Assembly: GCA_902803215.1 (NCBI GenBank)
Contig: CADCPK010000046.1
Coordinates: 1 to 40,387 of the forward strand
DNA from: an uncultured Lachnospiraceae bacterium
GTDB taxonomy: Bacteria > Bacillota > Clostridia > Lachnospirales > Lachnospiraceae
DNA: 40,387 nucleotides
Reading direction: 5' to 3'
Shown here: piece by piece, positions 1 through 9,316 of the stretch
Layout: each line of letters opens with the position of its first letter
Numbering within the stretch: position 1 is the stretch's first letter
Notes under the pieces: generated by a model
The model's input: only the letters and a program-made list of their open reading frames with translations
Told to the model about the DNA's origin: nothing
The model's database searches: none
Made by a program: the position numbers and the translations under genes

Positions 1-31
1 ATTAAGAAATTATTTTGTTTCTTTTAAAGGA

Positions 32-50
32 TGAAACAGGGTACGGTTCC
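32..50. repeat. Single arm of a REP-like repeat (TGAAACAGGGTACGGTTCC)
   Basis: 18/19 identical to 1175-1193; lies 3 nt beyond the esterase stop codon. Confidence 0.65.
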
Positions 51-53
51 ACA

Positions 54-1127
54 TTAATGTTCTTCTATAAACCCCTTCACCCTCTCCAGCAAACTGTCCT
101 CGTACAGCATATCCGTCGCATGTCCCCGGTCAGGGATCACCCAGAACTCCACCTTCTCTTCCCCGGCAGCATTCTTTGCTCTTTCATAGAGCCGTTCCGA
201 CTGCAGAATAGGCACGGTGATGTCGCAGTCGCCGTGGATGATAAGGACCGCGGGGCCTTCCGTGCGGCTGAGATTCTCGTCAACGTATTGTGCGGCTGAG
301 GCGGCGCTCAGCTCCTCCTCGCTCATATCACTGAGTTCCCTGCGCATCCAATAGCTGTTGCAGTCTGAGAAGCCTCCCAGCGCGTCTTTGCTCATCCAGG
401 AATTGGCGATATTAAAAATGAGGGGCGGAACACCCAGTTCCTTCCAGTCGGGAGATTTGCTGTTCAGCGGCTGCATCTCTGCCACACCGTAGTAGTCCAC
501 CAGCACCGACACCTCTGCCGAAGCTGCCTCGCCTTTTTCCTCGTCTTCCTTCTGTCCGATATACTCCACCGACATGTATTCATCGTCGTTTGTCAGGGCG
601 GCCATCGTAGCCAGATAACCTCCCGCAGACTCGCCGAAGATCGATATATGATCCGCATTGTAGCCGTACTCCCCGGCATGGGAACGCAGAAAACGTACCG
701 CTGCCTTCACATCCTCCAGCGCGCCCGGAAACGGTTCTTCCTGTGCCAGGCGATAATTGATCGATGCACATGCGTATCCATGGTCACGGAAATACCGGTA
801 CATCAGCTGTGCCTGCCTGGTGCGGCTGTCTCCCGCGATGAATCCGCCCCCGTGCACGATCACATATAAATCCGGGTTTTCCACCCCCGCGGGTATGTAC
901 AGATCCAGATACTGCGATTCCGAATCCTCCGCATACGGCACATTCAAAAGCATCTCTCCCCCGTCCCAGTCATCGACACTCTCGTCCAGCTTAAGCTTTG
1001 CCACGGTCAGGTTTTTGAATGTCATGTACACGGCTTTACGATAGATAACCATGATTACAGCCAGGACTGCAAGCAAGGTCACCGTTATTATTCCGATAAT
1101 TCTTCCGGTGTGTTTTTTACTCTTCAC
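54..1127 (-). CDS. Alpha/beta hydrolase, HSL-like (BD-FAE-type) carboxylesterase with N-terminal membrane anchor
   Basis: VHGGGF oxyanion motif, GESAG nucleophile elbow, HGDCD Asp and C-terminal GH His; basic plus hydrophobic N-terminus; GTG start with GGAGGAG RBS. Confidence 0.9.
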   Translation of the reverse strand: MKSKKHTGRIIGIITVTLLAVLAVIMVIYRKAVYMTFKNLTVAKLKLDESVDDWDGGEMLLNVPYAEDSESQYLDLYIPAGVENPDLYVIVHGGGFIAGDSRTRQAQLMYRYFRDHGYACASINYRLAQEEPFPGALEDVKAAVRFLRSHAGEYGYNADHISIFGESAGGYLATMAALTNDDEYMSVEYIGQKEDEEKGEAASAEVSVLVDYYGVAEMQPLNSKSPDWKELGVPPLIFNIANSWMSKDALGGFSDCNSYWMRRELSDMSEEELSAASAAQYVDENLSRTEGPAVLIIHGDCDITVPILQSERLYERAKNAAGEEKVEFWVIPDRGHATDMLYEDSLLERVKGFIEEH

Positions 1128-1173
1128 TTTGTTCTCCTCCTCCGGATAATTATAACCGCAATCCGCCGGTTTT

Positions 1174-1218
1174 GTGAAACAGGGGACGGTTCCTCCGAGG
1201 AACCGTCCCCTGTTTCAC
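1174..1218. repeat. Perfect 22-bp inverted repeat (REP-like palindrome or intergenic hairpin)
   Basis: GTGAAACAGGGGACGGTTCCTC-C-GAGGAACCGTCCCCTGTTTCAC, immediately after the stop of the small membrane protein gene. Confidence 0.85.
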
Positions 1219-1221
1219 TTG

Positions 1222-1617
1222 TTATTCTTTATTCTCTCCCAACCTTGTAAAGGATGCGATCATAAACACCAGCCAGCTGAGCACAGCGGCGCCCGAGAAG
1301 AACGCCCAGAACTGTACATCCGCCCAGGTACGAAGTCCGGAGATCAGGTAGCCCAGAACCTCCACCTCGGTAACCAGACTGAAGCCAAATGCAGCCATCA
1401 TAAGTACTGCGGCAGCGCTTACCAGAAGTCCCCACCAGCTTTTCTCGCCCAGTTTTGCGGAAAGCACCAGGAACAATACAGCGCAGACAAGAGCTGCGAT
1501 ATTCAGGTATCTGACGATCGGTGTCGTATTAGCTGCCTTTGCGTAAAGGATCAGAGCAACCAGGGAAAGGATCGTACCGATCACAGCCAGGATCATGCCA
1601 AAACCTTTTTTCATCAC
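1222..1617 (-). CDS. Small four-TM membrane protein, unknown function
   Basis: Four hydrophobic segments; start overlaps the GH3 stop (GTG at 1617 or ATG at 1614) with GGAGG upstream, suggesting translational coupling. Confidence 0.8.
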   Translation of the reverse strand: MMKKGFGMILAVIGTILSLVALILYAKAANTTPIVRYLNIAALVCAVLFLVLSAKLGEKSWWGLLVSAAAVLMMAAFGFSLVTEVEVLGYLISGLRTWADVQFWAFFSGAAVLSWLVFMIASFTRLGENKE

Positions 1618-4600
1618 TTATTCCCTCCTTTTTTCCTCTGTGCAAGAATCCAGAGAGCCAGGAACACGATCGTAAGAGCTCCTGAGCCGTACTTCAGTCC
1701 AAGGATCAGATTCTGCCACCATGTTCTGACATACTTGATCTCTGTGTCTGTTGTGAATCCGTTCAGTGCATTGCTTCGAGCGGCACTGTACATGTAATGT
1801 TTCAGGCCATCGTGCATATGCTGCTGGAAGTTGGTATCCTTCTCGATCTTCGCACGGTTGGAGATCATGGAACCAAACTTACTCGACATGGTTGTACTCT
1901 CGGTCGTCAGCATACCGCCGGTTCCGGCCATAACACTGTCAAGCCAGTTCATATAATCGGGAGCTGCCGCCATATCGGTAACTACCCAACCGTCATATCC
2001 CCACTCGTTTCTGAGGATCTGCTCAAGCAGTCCGGAATGCGCGCTCGAGTACACACAGCCCACACGGTTGTAAGATGTCATAACGCCCATGGCCCGGTTG
2101 GAGGAAAGTGCCTCCTGGAATCCTCTCAGGTCATTCTCTCTTGCCGCCTGCTCGGTCATGAAGGTAGAAGCGCCGGAACGGTTTGCCTCCTGATGGTTAA
2201 ATGCAAAGTGCTTCGGCTCGGTCATCAGGCCTTTCACGGTGCCGCCACGGCAGAACGCAGTAACAAAGATGCTTGTCACCATCGGATCTTCGGAATAATA
2301 CTCATGGTTACGTCCGCAATATGGTACACGGTGAAGGTTTGCGCCGGGTGCGAGGGTTCCGGGGATGTTACTCCACAGACTCTCTTCGCCGTACATCTGA
2401 CCTTCTCTCTCGATCATAGCTTCGTTAAAGGTACTTGCGCACATCGGCTCGGTCGGGAAGACGTTCATCGTCCACTCTGCGCCTTCGTCGGACTGCTTCG
2501 TGTAAGTCGCTTCTTCGCTCTCACTCTCGTTCCACTTGATATAGTAAGCCGCGACCTGATCGTTGGCAAATCCTGTAGGACCATCCTGGATCGGGTTAGC
2601 CGGAAGTCCGATCGAAGCGATACGGTTCATTCCGTTTCCTGCGTTTTCGATATAGTTGATCGCTTCTTCCAGTGTCACCTGGTCGATCAGCTGATCCCAC
2701 TTCGGATCGGTAAGATCGACTACACCGATATATGTTCCGTCGTCATCTGTCTCCATGAAGTCGATGATGGAAAGACCGTTGTCTGCTCCCCATGTCACGC
2801 CGTCACCATTCTCGGTCAGCTGATTTCTGCTGTTGGAAAGGTCGATGCGCATATCATCGGTCGGTTCCACGTCCATAACCGATGTCCAGCCGATCGTCCA
2901 GTCCGATCTGGTAAAGTACTCAACAGAACCCGGGATCAGTTTGTTGAGGTCCATATTCTGCAGAGCATTCTGTACATTCACGGAATAGGTCTCGATGTCT
3001 GTCTCGTCGAGGGTCCATACGATAGCGTTGTCTTTATCGATATTCTCGTCGTCGTTTACGCTGACAAGGCCGCGCTCGTTTCCGTTCTTGTTGGCAAGAA
3101 TATTGTTGATGGCATTGTGCGCGCCGTTTCCGATAGCAAAGTAATAATCACCTGCATCCAGAGTCCATGCGCCTTCGGTGCCGTCCGCTTTGACTGCCGC
3201 CTCATCATAGGAGGTCATGTCTCTCGGGTTAAAATGCAGTGTAACTGTCTCGGATTCGCCGGGCTCGATCACGTCGGTCTTTCCGAATGTCACCAGCTGC
3301 AGCGCCGATTTTTCGAGGCCGCCCTCGATATAAGGAGCCTGCACATAAAGCTCTACGACATCCTTGCCGGCAACATCGCCCGTGTTCTCCACGGTGACTT
3401 CTGCCGTTCCTTCTCCGCCGACCTCTACGCTCACGCTTTCAAGCTTCTGCTCAAAAGTAGTGTAAGAAAGGCCATAACCGAAGGGATAGGAAACTTCGTT
3501 GTCATATGCCCACTTCTTGCCGTCTGCCGCGCCTTCCGCTGCATCCGCATTGCCCTGTTTGAGAATAGAGTCCTCATAACGGGTCTCGTAGTAGCGGTAG
3601 CCTTCGTAGATTCCCTCGGACTCTACCAGATAAGCATCGCCGTAGTCGAACTCAGAGATAGAGGAATCGTTGGAAGAATTCGTCTTGTAAAGATACACGC
3701 CGTAGTTTACCATCGCCGGAGCGCCGGTGCTGTTCACCGCGTAGGTGTCGGTAAGCCTTCCGGAAGGATTCACATCGCCTGCCAGAACCGCAGCTGTGCC
3801 GAGGAATCCGTAGTTTCCGGGATCTCCGACCCACACGATGGCATCGATATCCTTATCTGTCTTCAGCTCTTCAAGCTCGATCGCACTGGAAGAGTTGATC
3901 AGCACGATCACCTTGGTGCTGTGTTCCTTGGCCGCCTCCAGCATATCCTTCTCATTCTGAGAAAGCGCAAGCGGTTTTTCAAAGGAATCACTGTCCAGAG
4001 CACTCGTCATGGTCGGATAGTAATCCGCCGCCTCGGAGTTATCTCGTGTGATCAGAACTACCGCAGCGGTGTTATCCGCAGATTTGAGGACATCGTCCGA
4101 ATACTCGGACAGCGGAGCCTCACCTATGTTATAGCTCTTGAAGTTCTCCCATGCTGTGGTAAACAGTGTCTCAAACGCATGTCCCGGTACCGGCATGCCA
4201 AAGAAACTGGTCTGCATACGATAGGGATCCATCGCTTCCGAAGCATACAGGTCGATAAAGTCCTGATTCACATCGAAGCCTGTCTCCTGCATGGCCGGAA
4301 CGATACCGTACTGCGGCTGTCCCACCTCGAAGTTAGCCATTGCTGTCGATCCCATCATACCGCCAAGGATCGGCATGTATGTATGAAGACCCCAAAGTGT
4401 CACCTTCTCACTTCCCTTGTCCAGAGGAAGCGCTTCGTCCGCGTTTTTCAGCAGGACCGTTCCTTCCGATCCGATCTGAACGGAGAGATTTCTCTGTTCT
4501 TCCTGCATCTCAGCAAGTGAGGAAAACTCTGACCGGAAGTGGTCGCCCATGCTTGCGGGAGAATCTCCCGTCTTTACGGTTACATAGTTGTTGGTGTTCA

Positions 4601-4715
4601 ACATGCTGTTGATCTTTGCCGCCCAGTTATTGGTTGTCACCTGTCCTGCCGCAGACAGTGCAGTCACAGATGCCATCAGTGTAGCCAGGCCGCGCCATGC
4701 TCTTCCTTTTGCCAT
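1614..4715 (-). CDS. Glycoside hydrolase family 3 (beta-glucosidase-like), permuted domain order, secreted and membrane-anchored
   Basis: GH3_C features first (EGTVLLKN, PSGRLTDT, GYRYYET, FGYGLSYTTF), FnIII-like (GKDVVELY), then GH3_N barrel (GRNHEYYSEDP, KHFAFN, MTSYN, VVTDM nucleophile Asp); N-terminal signal and C-terminal TM followed by basic tail; AGGAGG RBS. Confidence 0.92.
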   Translation of the reverse strand: MAKGRAWRGLATLMASVTALSAAGQVTTNNWAAKINSMLNTNNYVTVKTGDSPASMGDHFRSEFSSLAEMQEEQRNLSVQIGSEGTVLLKNADEALPLDKGSEKVTLWGLHTYMPILGGMMGSTAMANFEVGQPQYGIVPAMQETGFDVNQDFIDLYASEAMDPYRMQTSFFGMPVPGHAFETLFTTAWENFKSYNIGEAPLSEYSDDVLKSADNTAAVVLITRDNSEAADYYPTMTSALDSDSFEKPLALSQNEKDMLEAAKEHSTKVIVLINSSSAIELEELKTDKDIDAIVWVGDPGNYGFLGTAAVLAGDVNPSGRLTDTYAVNSTGAPAMVNYGVYLYKTNSSNDSSISEFDYGDAYLVESEGIYEGYRYYETRYEDSILKQGNADAAEGAADGKKWAYDNEVSYPFGYGLSYTTFEQKLESVSVEVGGEGTAEVTVENTGDVAGKDVVELYVQAPYIEGGLEKSALQLVTFGKTDVIEPGESETVTLHFNPRDMTSYDEAAVKADGTEGAWTLDAGDYYFAIGNGAHNAINNILANKNGNERGLVSVNDDENIDKDNAIVWTLDETDIETYSVNVQNALQNMDLNKLIPGSVEYFTRSDWTIGWTSVMDVEPTDDMRIDLSNSRNQLTENGDGVTWGADNGLSIIDFMETDDDGTYIGVVDLTDPKWDQLIDQVTLEEAINYIENAGNGMNRIASIGLPANPIQDGPTGFANDQVAAYYIKWNESESEEATYTKQSDEGAEWTMNVFPTEPMCASTFNEAMIEREGQMYGEESLWSNIPGTLAPGANLHRVPYCGRNHEYYSEDPMVTSIFVTAFCRGGTVKGLMTEPKHFAFNHQEANRSGASTFMTEQAARENDLRGFQEALSSNRAMGVMTSYNRVGCVYSSAHSGLLEQILRNEWGYDGWVVTDMAAAPDYMNWLDSVMAGTGGMLTTESTTMSSKFGSMISNRAKIEKDTNFQQHMHDGLKHYMYSAARSNALNGFTTDTEIKYVRTWWQNLILGLKYGSGALTIVFLALWILAQRKKGGNK

Positions 4716-4788
4716 TTTTATCCTCCTGTTCCCGATGATCGTACCTGCCCTTTATACGTGCACAGATACAAACAATGTATATGGAAAA

Positions 4789-4797
4789 AATATAGCA
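4789..4797 (-). promoter_or_regulatory. Candidate extended -10 promoter for the GH3 operon
   Basis: TGCTATATT on the minus strand about 75 nt upstream of the ATG; no clear -35. Confidence 0.45.
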
Positions 4798-4807
4798 AAT
4801 TTAACAT

Positions 4808-4844
4808 AAAAAAACGGCCGTCTTCTCAAACGGTCGTTTTTTTT
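4808..4844. terminator. Possible terminator hairpin after the kinase (alternatively a regulator binding site)
   Basis: A7-CGGCCGT-N8-ACGGTCG-T8; one stem mismatch in the minus-strand RNA. Confidence 0.45.
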
Positions 4845-4860
4845 CCTGAAATGCATCCGG

Positions 4861-6183
4861 TCATGGCATCGGAATCAATATCTTTACTTTAAACCAGCGA
4901 TTCTCCGTGATGTACACGGCGTTTCCGCCGTATTTCTGCGCTATGCGAAGAATACTTTTCGTGCCGAATCCATGATATTTTTTATCCTGTTTTGTCGTGA
5001 CCGGAAGGCCGTCACTGATCGTCCGTTCACCTTCGCAGCAATTCTCGCACAGAATGACCAGAAACCCTTTTCGCGCCTCCACGGTAAGATTGATCAGCCG
5101 CCTGTCAGGATCACTCACTTCGCGGGCCGCTTCCACGGCATTGTCGATCAGGTTGCCGAACATGGCGGAAACATCCATTTTGTCCATAAAAGAAAGAAGG
5201 GCCCCGTCCGCGATACAGGTGATCTTCACCCCGTCATTCTTAGCCTTCAGCGCGGCGGACATGACGATCGTATCAAGAATCTCGTTTCCGGTGTTCGCCT
5301 GTGCTTCAAAATCGCGGATCTCTTCCTCCATCCTGTCCAGATACTCTTTGGTCTCTGCGGAACCGTCTCCCTTTCTAAGCCATGCGATCTGATGCTTCAG
5401 ATCATGATATTTCTCGGATACCAGGGCGATAGAATTTTTGGAGGTCTGATAGTTCGCATACATCTGCTCCATCATCATCTGCGTCTGCTCTGCGCGCATC
5501 CTGCTGTAGGATTCTTTTCCCGTCATGTGCAGGAGGAACATGGCGAAGACGCCGGTAAAATCGATCAGCGCACGAATCTGAAAAACGACCCCCGGCTCCG
5601 AGGAAGAAAGGATCGTCTCTTCGAACACATTGCTGACGTTCGAAGCAAGAAAGATGAATACCGCCATTCCCCAGACACGCAGGATGTCCTCCGTATCCGT
5701 CTGCAATTCTCTGTTGTATTCCCTGAAAATGCGGTTATTTAGAAGCGCGCAGATATAGATCAGGCCGTACACACCGACAAAGAAGGGAATCCTGATGGAT
5801 AAAATGTCGGGAACTTTTTTTACATTTACGCCGAAGTAATACATATGCCATTCCAGCGCAGTGGCAAATTCGGCAAGGACAAATGCAAACGCCATATAGT
5901 ACAGGCATTTTTTCCACGACCCGGTCATCTCTAATTTCATGCAGGCAACAGGGATCAGCAAAAAGATCAGGAGCCTTAACACATAGGTTCTCTGATCGGG
6001 CGTCTCCACCAAAAATGCGCACACCGACACACATCCTGTCAGCAGGATCTGCAGCAGGATCGTTTTCAGAACACTGTATTTTCGGGGATTGACCCACACA
6101 TAAAGCCCGGAGTACAGCATATAAGAAAAAGCGCTGAGATAGCCGGGCGCACTCAGGGCATATAAATCTTCTGCCGTTTTCAT
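4861..6183 (-). CDS. GHKL-domain sensor histidine kinase (AgrC/VirS-like), multi-TM
   Basis: About 6-7 N-terminal TM helices, H-box YHDLKHQI, N-box GNLIDNAVEA, G-box HGFGTKSI. Confidence 0.9.
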   Translation of the reverse strand: MKTAEDLYALSAPGYLSAFSYMLYSGLYVWVNPRKYSVLKTILLQILLTGCVSVCAFLVETPDQRTYVLRLLIFLLIPVACMKLEMTGSWKKCLYYMAFAFVLAEFATALEWHMYYFGVNVKKVPDILSIRIPFFVGVYGLIYICALLNNRIFREYNRELQTDTEDILRVWGMAVFIFLASNVSNVFEETILSSSEPGVVFQIRALIDFTGVFAMFLLHMTGKESYSRMRAEQTQMMMEQMYANYQTSKNSIALVSEKYHDLKHQIAWLRKGDGSAETKEYLDRMEEEIRDFEAQANTGNEILDTIVMSAALKAKNDGVKITCIADGALLSFMDKMDVSAMFGNLIDNAVEAAREVSDPDRRLINLTVEARKGFLVILCENCCEGERTISDGLPVTTKQDKKYHGFGTKSILRIAQKYGGNAVYITENRWFKVKILIPMP

Positions 6184-6184
6184 C

Positions 6185-6880
6185 TCAAATGACCCTCGTC
6201 AGAGCATCCAGGAGCTCGGTTTTCTTTCTTCTGCTGACCGGAATATTTTCCCCTTCGATCACGCAGTGATCGCCCTCCAGCTTCTCCACCGCTTCCAGAT
6301 TGATCAGATACCCTTTGTGGCAGCGGAAAAAATTCTTGTCCCGCAGCTGTTCTTCCAGGTCACTCATTTTCAGATTGGTTCTGACGATTCCTTCGGGTGT
6401 GTGAACTTCCATCGTATGTCCCCGGCTCTCTACGTACAGGATCCTGTAGATGTCCACACGCTGTGCCCCGTCAGAAAGAGGCAGCAGCAGATAATCCTCA
6501 GGGGTCTGTCTGAGCTGGCCGAGGACGCGATCCATTCTGGCTGTAAATGTCTCATACGACACGGGCTTGACCAGAAAATCAAAAGCTCTCACTTCATAAC
6601 CCGCTATGGCGAACTGCGCTTCGTTGGTGATAAAGACGATCAGGACCTTGTTGTCCGCCTCCCGTATCCTGCCTGCCGCCTCCATTCCATTCATAAAGCG
6701 CATTTGTATGTCCATCAGGATCAGGTCATAGTCCGAGTGATAATTCTCGACGATGTCCTCACCGTCCTGAAAGTAGCGGACACGTATTTGAATGTTCTTT
6801 TCCTTTTCGTATTCTTCCAGGAAATTGACAAGGTTCATGGCAAAATCCCGGTCATCTTCTACAATTGCTACTCTAAGCAT
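6185..6880 (-). CDS. LytTR-family DNA-binding response regulator
   Basis: Receiver domain (VEDD, LMDIQM, KP) and LytTR motif FFRCHKGYLIN...IPVSRRK; directly upstream of the kinase. Confidence 0.93.
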   Translation of the reverse strand: MLRVAIVEDDRDFAMNLVNFLEEYEKEKNIQIRVRYFQDGEDIVENYHSDYDLILMDIQMRFMNGMEAAGRIREADNKVLIVFITNEAQFAIAGYEVRAFDFLVKPVSYETFTARMDRVLGQLRQTPEDYLLLPLSDGAQRVDIYRILYVESRGHTMEVHTPEGIVRTNLKMSDLEEQLRDKNFFRCHKGYLINLEAVEKLEGDHCVIEGENIPVSRRKKTELLDALTRVI

Positions 6881-6945
6881 GTTATTTTACTCGCAAAAAT
6901 ATAGCATTGGTATTATCTCAGGTAACGAACATATTATACCGGAAA

Positions 6946-6975
6946 TCATGCAAAAAAGGAACCGGTCCCCATGAC
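6946..6975 (-). repeat. REP-like element or terminator variant after the MMPL gene
   Basis: Minus strand GTCATGGGGACCGGTTCCTTTTTTGCATGA directly follows the MMPL stop; core matches GGGGACGGTTCC with one inserted base. Confidence 0.5.
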
Positions 6976-9222
6976 TCAGTGCCTTGTAATCAATTTGTCC
7001 AGCGCAGCGAGTGTCCCCGGAAGCACAAACAGGATCAGGATAAGTGAACATGACGCGCCTTTCGCAATCGTATGACAGATCTGCATAATAGAGGGGTCCC
7101 CGAACGCATAGCCCAGGATGGCTGTCACGATTACGATGATCAGGCCGGAGGTCAGGATGGTGTGTATCGATTTCCTGTAGGCCTCCTGTATGGAGTGCTC
7201 CATATCCGCAGTCTTCCAGCTCTCACGATAGTAGTTTGTATAAAGGATCGCGTAATCAATAGTGGCTCCCATCAGTATACTCTGCACTATCAGATATGCC
7301 AGATAATACATGCTCTCACCCTGAATGCCCATGATCACGACCGTAGCGTACACAGCCGTCTGGATGAGCAGAACCAGGATCACCGGTATCAATACACTTC
7401 GGAAGGTAAAAACAACTACAAGGAAGATCGCCAATGCGGTGAGGATGGTGATACGGTTTAATTCTCCCGTAAACGAACCGGACATTTCGTAGGCCATGAC
7501 CGAGTTTCCGATCAGATAATACTCTCCGGTCAGCCTTTCTTTGCAACGTTTCTCCAGTGTTCTGATAAATGTTTCCGTCTCCTCCGATTCATCCGGAAGT
7601 GTTGTCTGCAAGGCCATCAGCGAATGCTCCGGCCCTTTAAGTCTCTTAATACCTTCCGTTATCTGTCCCTGAAACTCCTTCGCACCTTCGATCATCTCAT
7701 CCGAGATCATATTGCCGATGAGCGGATTTTCAGGCAATTCCTCGACGATAAAATCGAGCAGTTCCGGAATTGTGGCCCTCGGTTCGTCATCTCTCCTGCC
7801 CAGACTCAGGCTGCACATCCCGATCAGCATATCCAGAAGAGTTACGGCCTCCGATTCTTCCATCTCGCCCGGAAGGAACTCCATAAAGGCGTCCTCCATT
7901 CCCATCTCCGCAGCCATCCCAAGGAGCTCTTCACCTGTAAAAGCTTTGCCGAGAGTGTTTGCGTAAGCCTGAACGCCCCTTACATTTTTGTCATTCTCAT
8001 ATTCCTCGATCAATCCGGCTACCGTCTCTTCATCCTCATTACTGTAAAGCAGCACGATGGCATTATTCTTTACAAAGACGTCATCGATCGGACTCTCTGT
8101 CACCAGTGTATAACTGATATTTGTGTTTCCTTTCAAAAAGAATACAAGGAGAAAAAGCCCCGCAAGCAGAAAAGGAAATATCTTTCGGAAACGAAAGCTC
8201 ATCTTTTCCACTGCACCGGTCGGAAAATGGGGCACCGGTTTCATTGTCCTTAAAATGGCATTCTCACAGGAAAGGATGAGTACCGGCAGCACGGTAAACA
8301 CACAGAGCAGACTGATAAACACGCCCTTCGCAAGCACGATGCCCATGTCCTCGCCGATCTTAAAGCTCATGAATACGAGCATCAGAAGTCCCACCACTGT
8401 GGTGATCGAACTCCCGGTTATGGGTCTGAATGCCTTTTCCAGGGCTTTTTTCATGGCTGCATTTTTCTGTTCTTTCTCATCCCCGGTACGTCCCTCACCG
8501 GAAATCTCATTCCGCTCCTGTCTGTAATACTCCATCAGCATTATGGAGTAATCCATGGAAAGCGCCAGTTGCAGGATCGAGCCTATGGCATTGGTAGTCT
8601 GTGAGACACTCCCCATGAGTATGTTGCTGCCCATGTTGATCAGCACTGCGATACCGATCGTGACGATAAACAGCAGCGGCTCCACAAAGGAAGGCGACAT
8701 GATCCACAGGATCGTAAGCAGGATCGCCACAGCCGCAACCAGGATCCATGGGGGAATCGTGTTAGAAGTGGTAGTATCGACATGATAGACCATGTCATGA
8801 TACCCGCTGTACTCCTTCTTGATTTCCTGCTCTATGGCCATGATCTCTTTCGAACCGAAGTCGTACATGGTATTGACAGAAAACGTTGTGTAGGGAGGCT
8901 TGCAGTACTGTTCATCCTCTGCCCGATACCCTACACTGCTCACACCGGGAATCGTTGATAAGCGCTCTTTAATCTGTATATCCTCCCCCGAAGGAAGATC
9001 GGTAAACATGACTCTTATCGAATTCTCTGTAGTCAGTCCGCCAAGCTCATCTTTGATGATCTCCAGGCCGGTCTTCATCGGAGAATCATCGGGCAGGTAC
9101 CTTGTCATATCCGTGATGATCTCTACCCGCGGGATCAAGAGCGCACAGACAGCCGCGAGAGCCAGCACAATAAACAAAATTTTATATCGTTGATCTACAA
9201 TAAAGCAGGCAAGTTTTTTCAT
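6976..9222 (-). CDS. MMPL/RND-family membrane transporter
   Basis: Two repeats of 1 TM + extracellular loop + 5 TM; ALSMDYSI and GATIDYAI motifs. Confidence 0.88.
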   Translation of the reverse strand: MKKLACFIVDQRYKILFIVLALAAVCALLIPRVEIITDMTRYLPDDSPMKTGLEIIKDELGGLTTENSIRVMFTDLPSGEDIQIKERLSTIPGVSSVGYRAEDEQYCKPPYTTFSVNTMYDFGSKEIMAIEQEIKKEYSGYHDMVYHVDTTTSNTIPPWILVAAVAILLTILWIMSPSFVEPLLFIVTIGIAVLINMGSNILMGSVSQTTNAIGSILQLALSMDYSIMLMEYYRQERNEISGEGRTGDEKEQKNAAMKKALEKAFRPITGSSITTVVGLLMLVFMSFKIGEDMGIVLAKGVFISLLCVFTVLPVLILSCENAILRTMKPVPHFPTGAVEKMSFRFRKIFPFLLAGLFLLVFFLKGNTNISYTLVTESPIDDVFVKNNAIVLLYSNEDEETVAGLIEEYENDKNVRGVQAYANTLGKAFTGEELLGMAAEMGMEDAFMEFLPGEMEESEAVTLLDMLIGMCSLSLGRRDDEPRATIPELLDFIVEELPENPLIGNMISDEMIEGAKEFQGQITEGIKRLKGPEHSLMALQTTLPDESEETETFIRTLEKRCKERLTGEYYLIGNSVMAYEMSGSFTGELNRITILTALAIFLVVVFTFRSVLIPVILVLLIQTAVYATVVIMGIQGESMYYLAYLIVQSILMGATIDYAILYTNYYRESWKTADMEHSIQEAYRKSIHTILTSGLIIVIVTAILGYAFGDPSIMQICHTIAKGASCSLILILFVLPGTLAALDKLITRH

Positions 9223-9247
9223 GACACACCCCCTTTCATTATCCTAT

Positions 9248-9276
9248 ATTGTACTTTATCATGTGTAAGTTGTAAA
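9248..9276 (-). promoter_or_regulatory. Sigma-A promoter for the MMPL gene
   Basis: TTTACA-17 nt-TACAAT directly downstream of the tsf terminator. Confidence 0.55.
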
Positions 9277-9278
9277 TG

Positions 9279-9307
9279 AAAAAGAGGCTGTCCGCTGACA
9301 GCCTCTT
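9279..9307 (-). terminator. Intrinsic terminator of rpsB-tsf
   Basis: 11-bp stem AAGAGGCTGTC/GACAGCCTCTT, 4-nt loop, followed by a U-rich tract. Confidence 0.8.
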
Positions 9308-9316
9308 CCGTATTCA

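Noticed and set aside
1797-4520. 907-aa plus-strand ORF antisense to the GH3 gene
   Set aside because: Shadow of the GH3 codon usage; no recognisable motifs and fully overlapped by a well-supported gene
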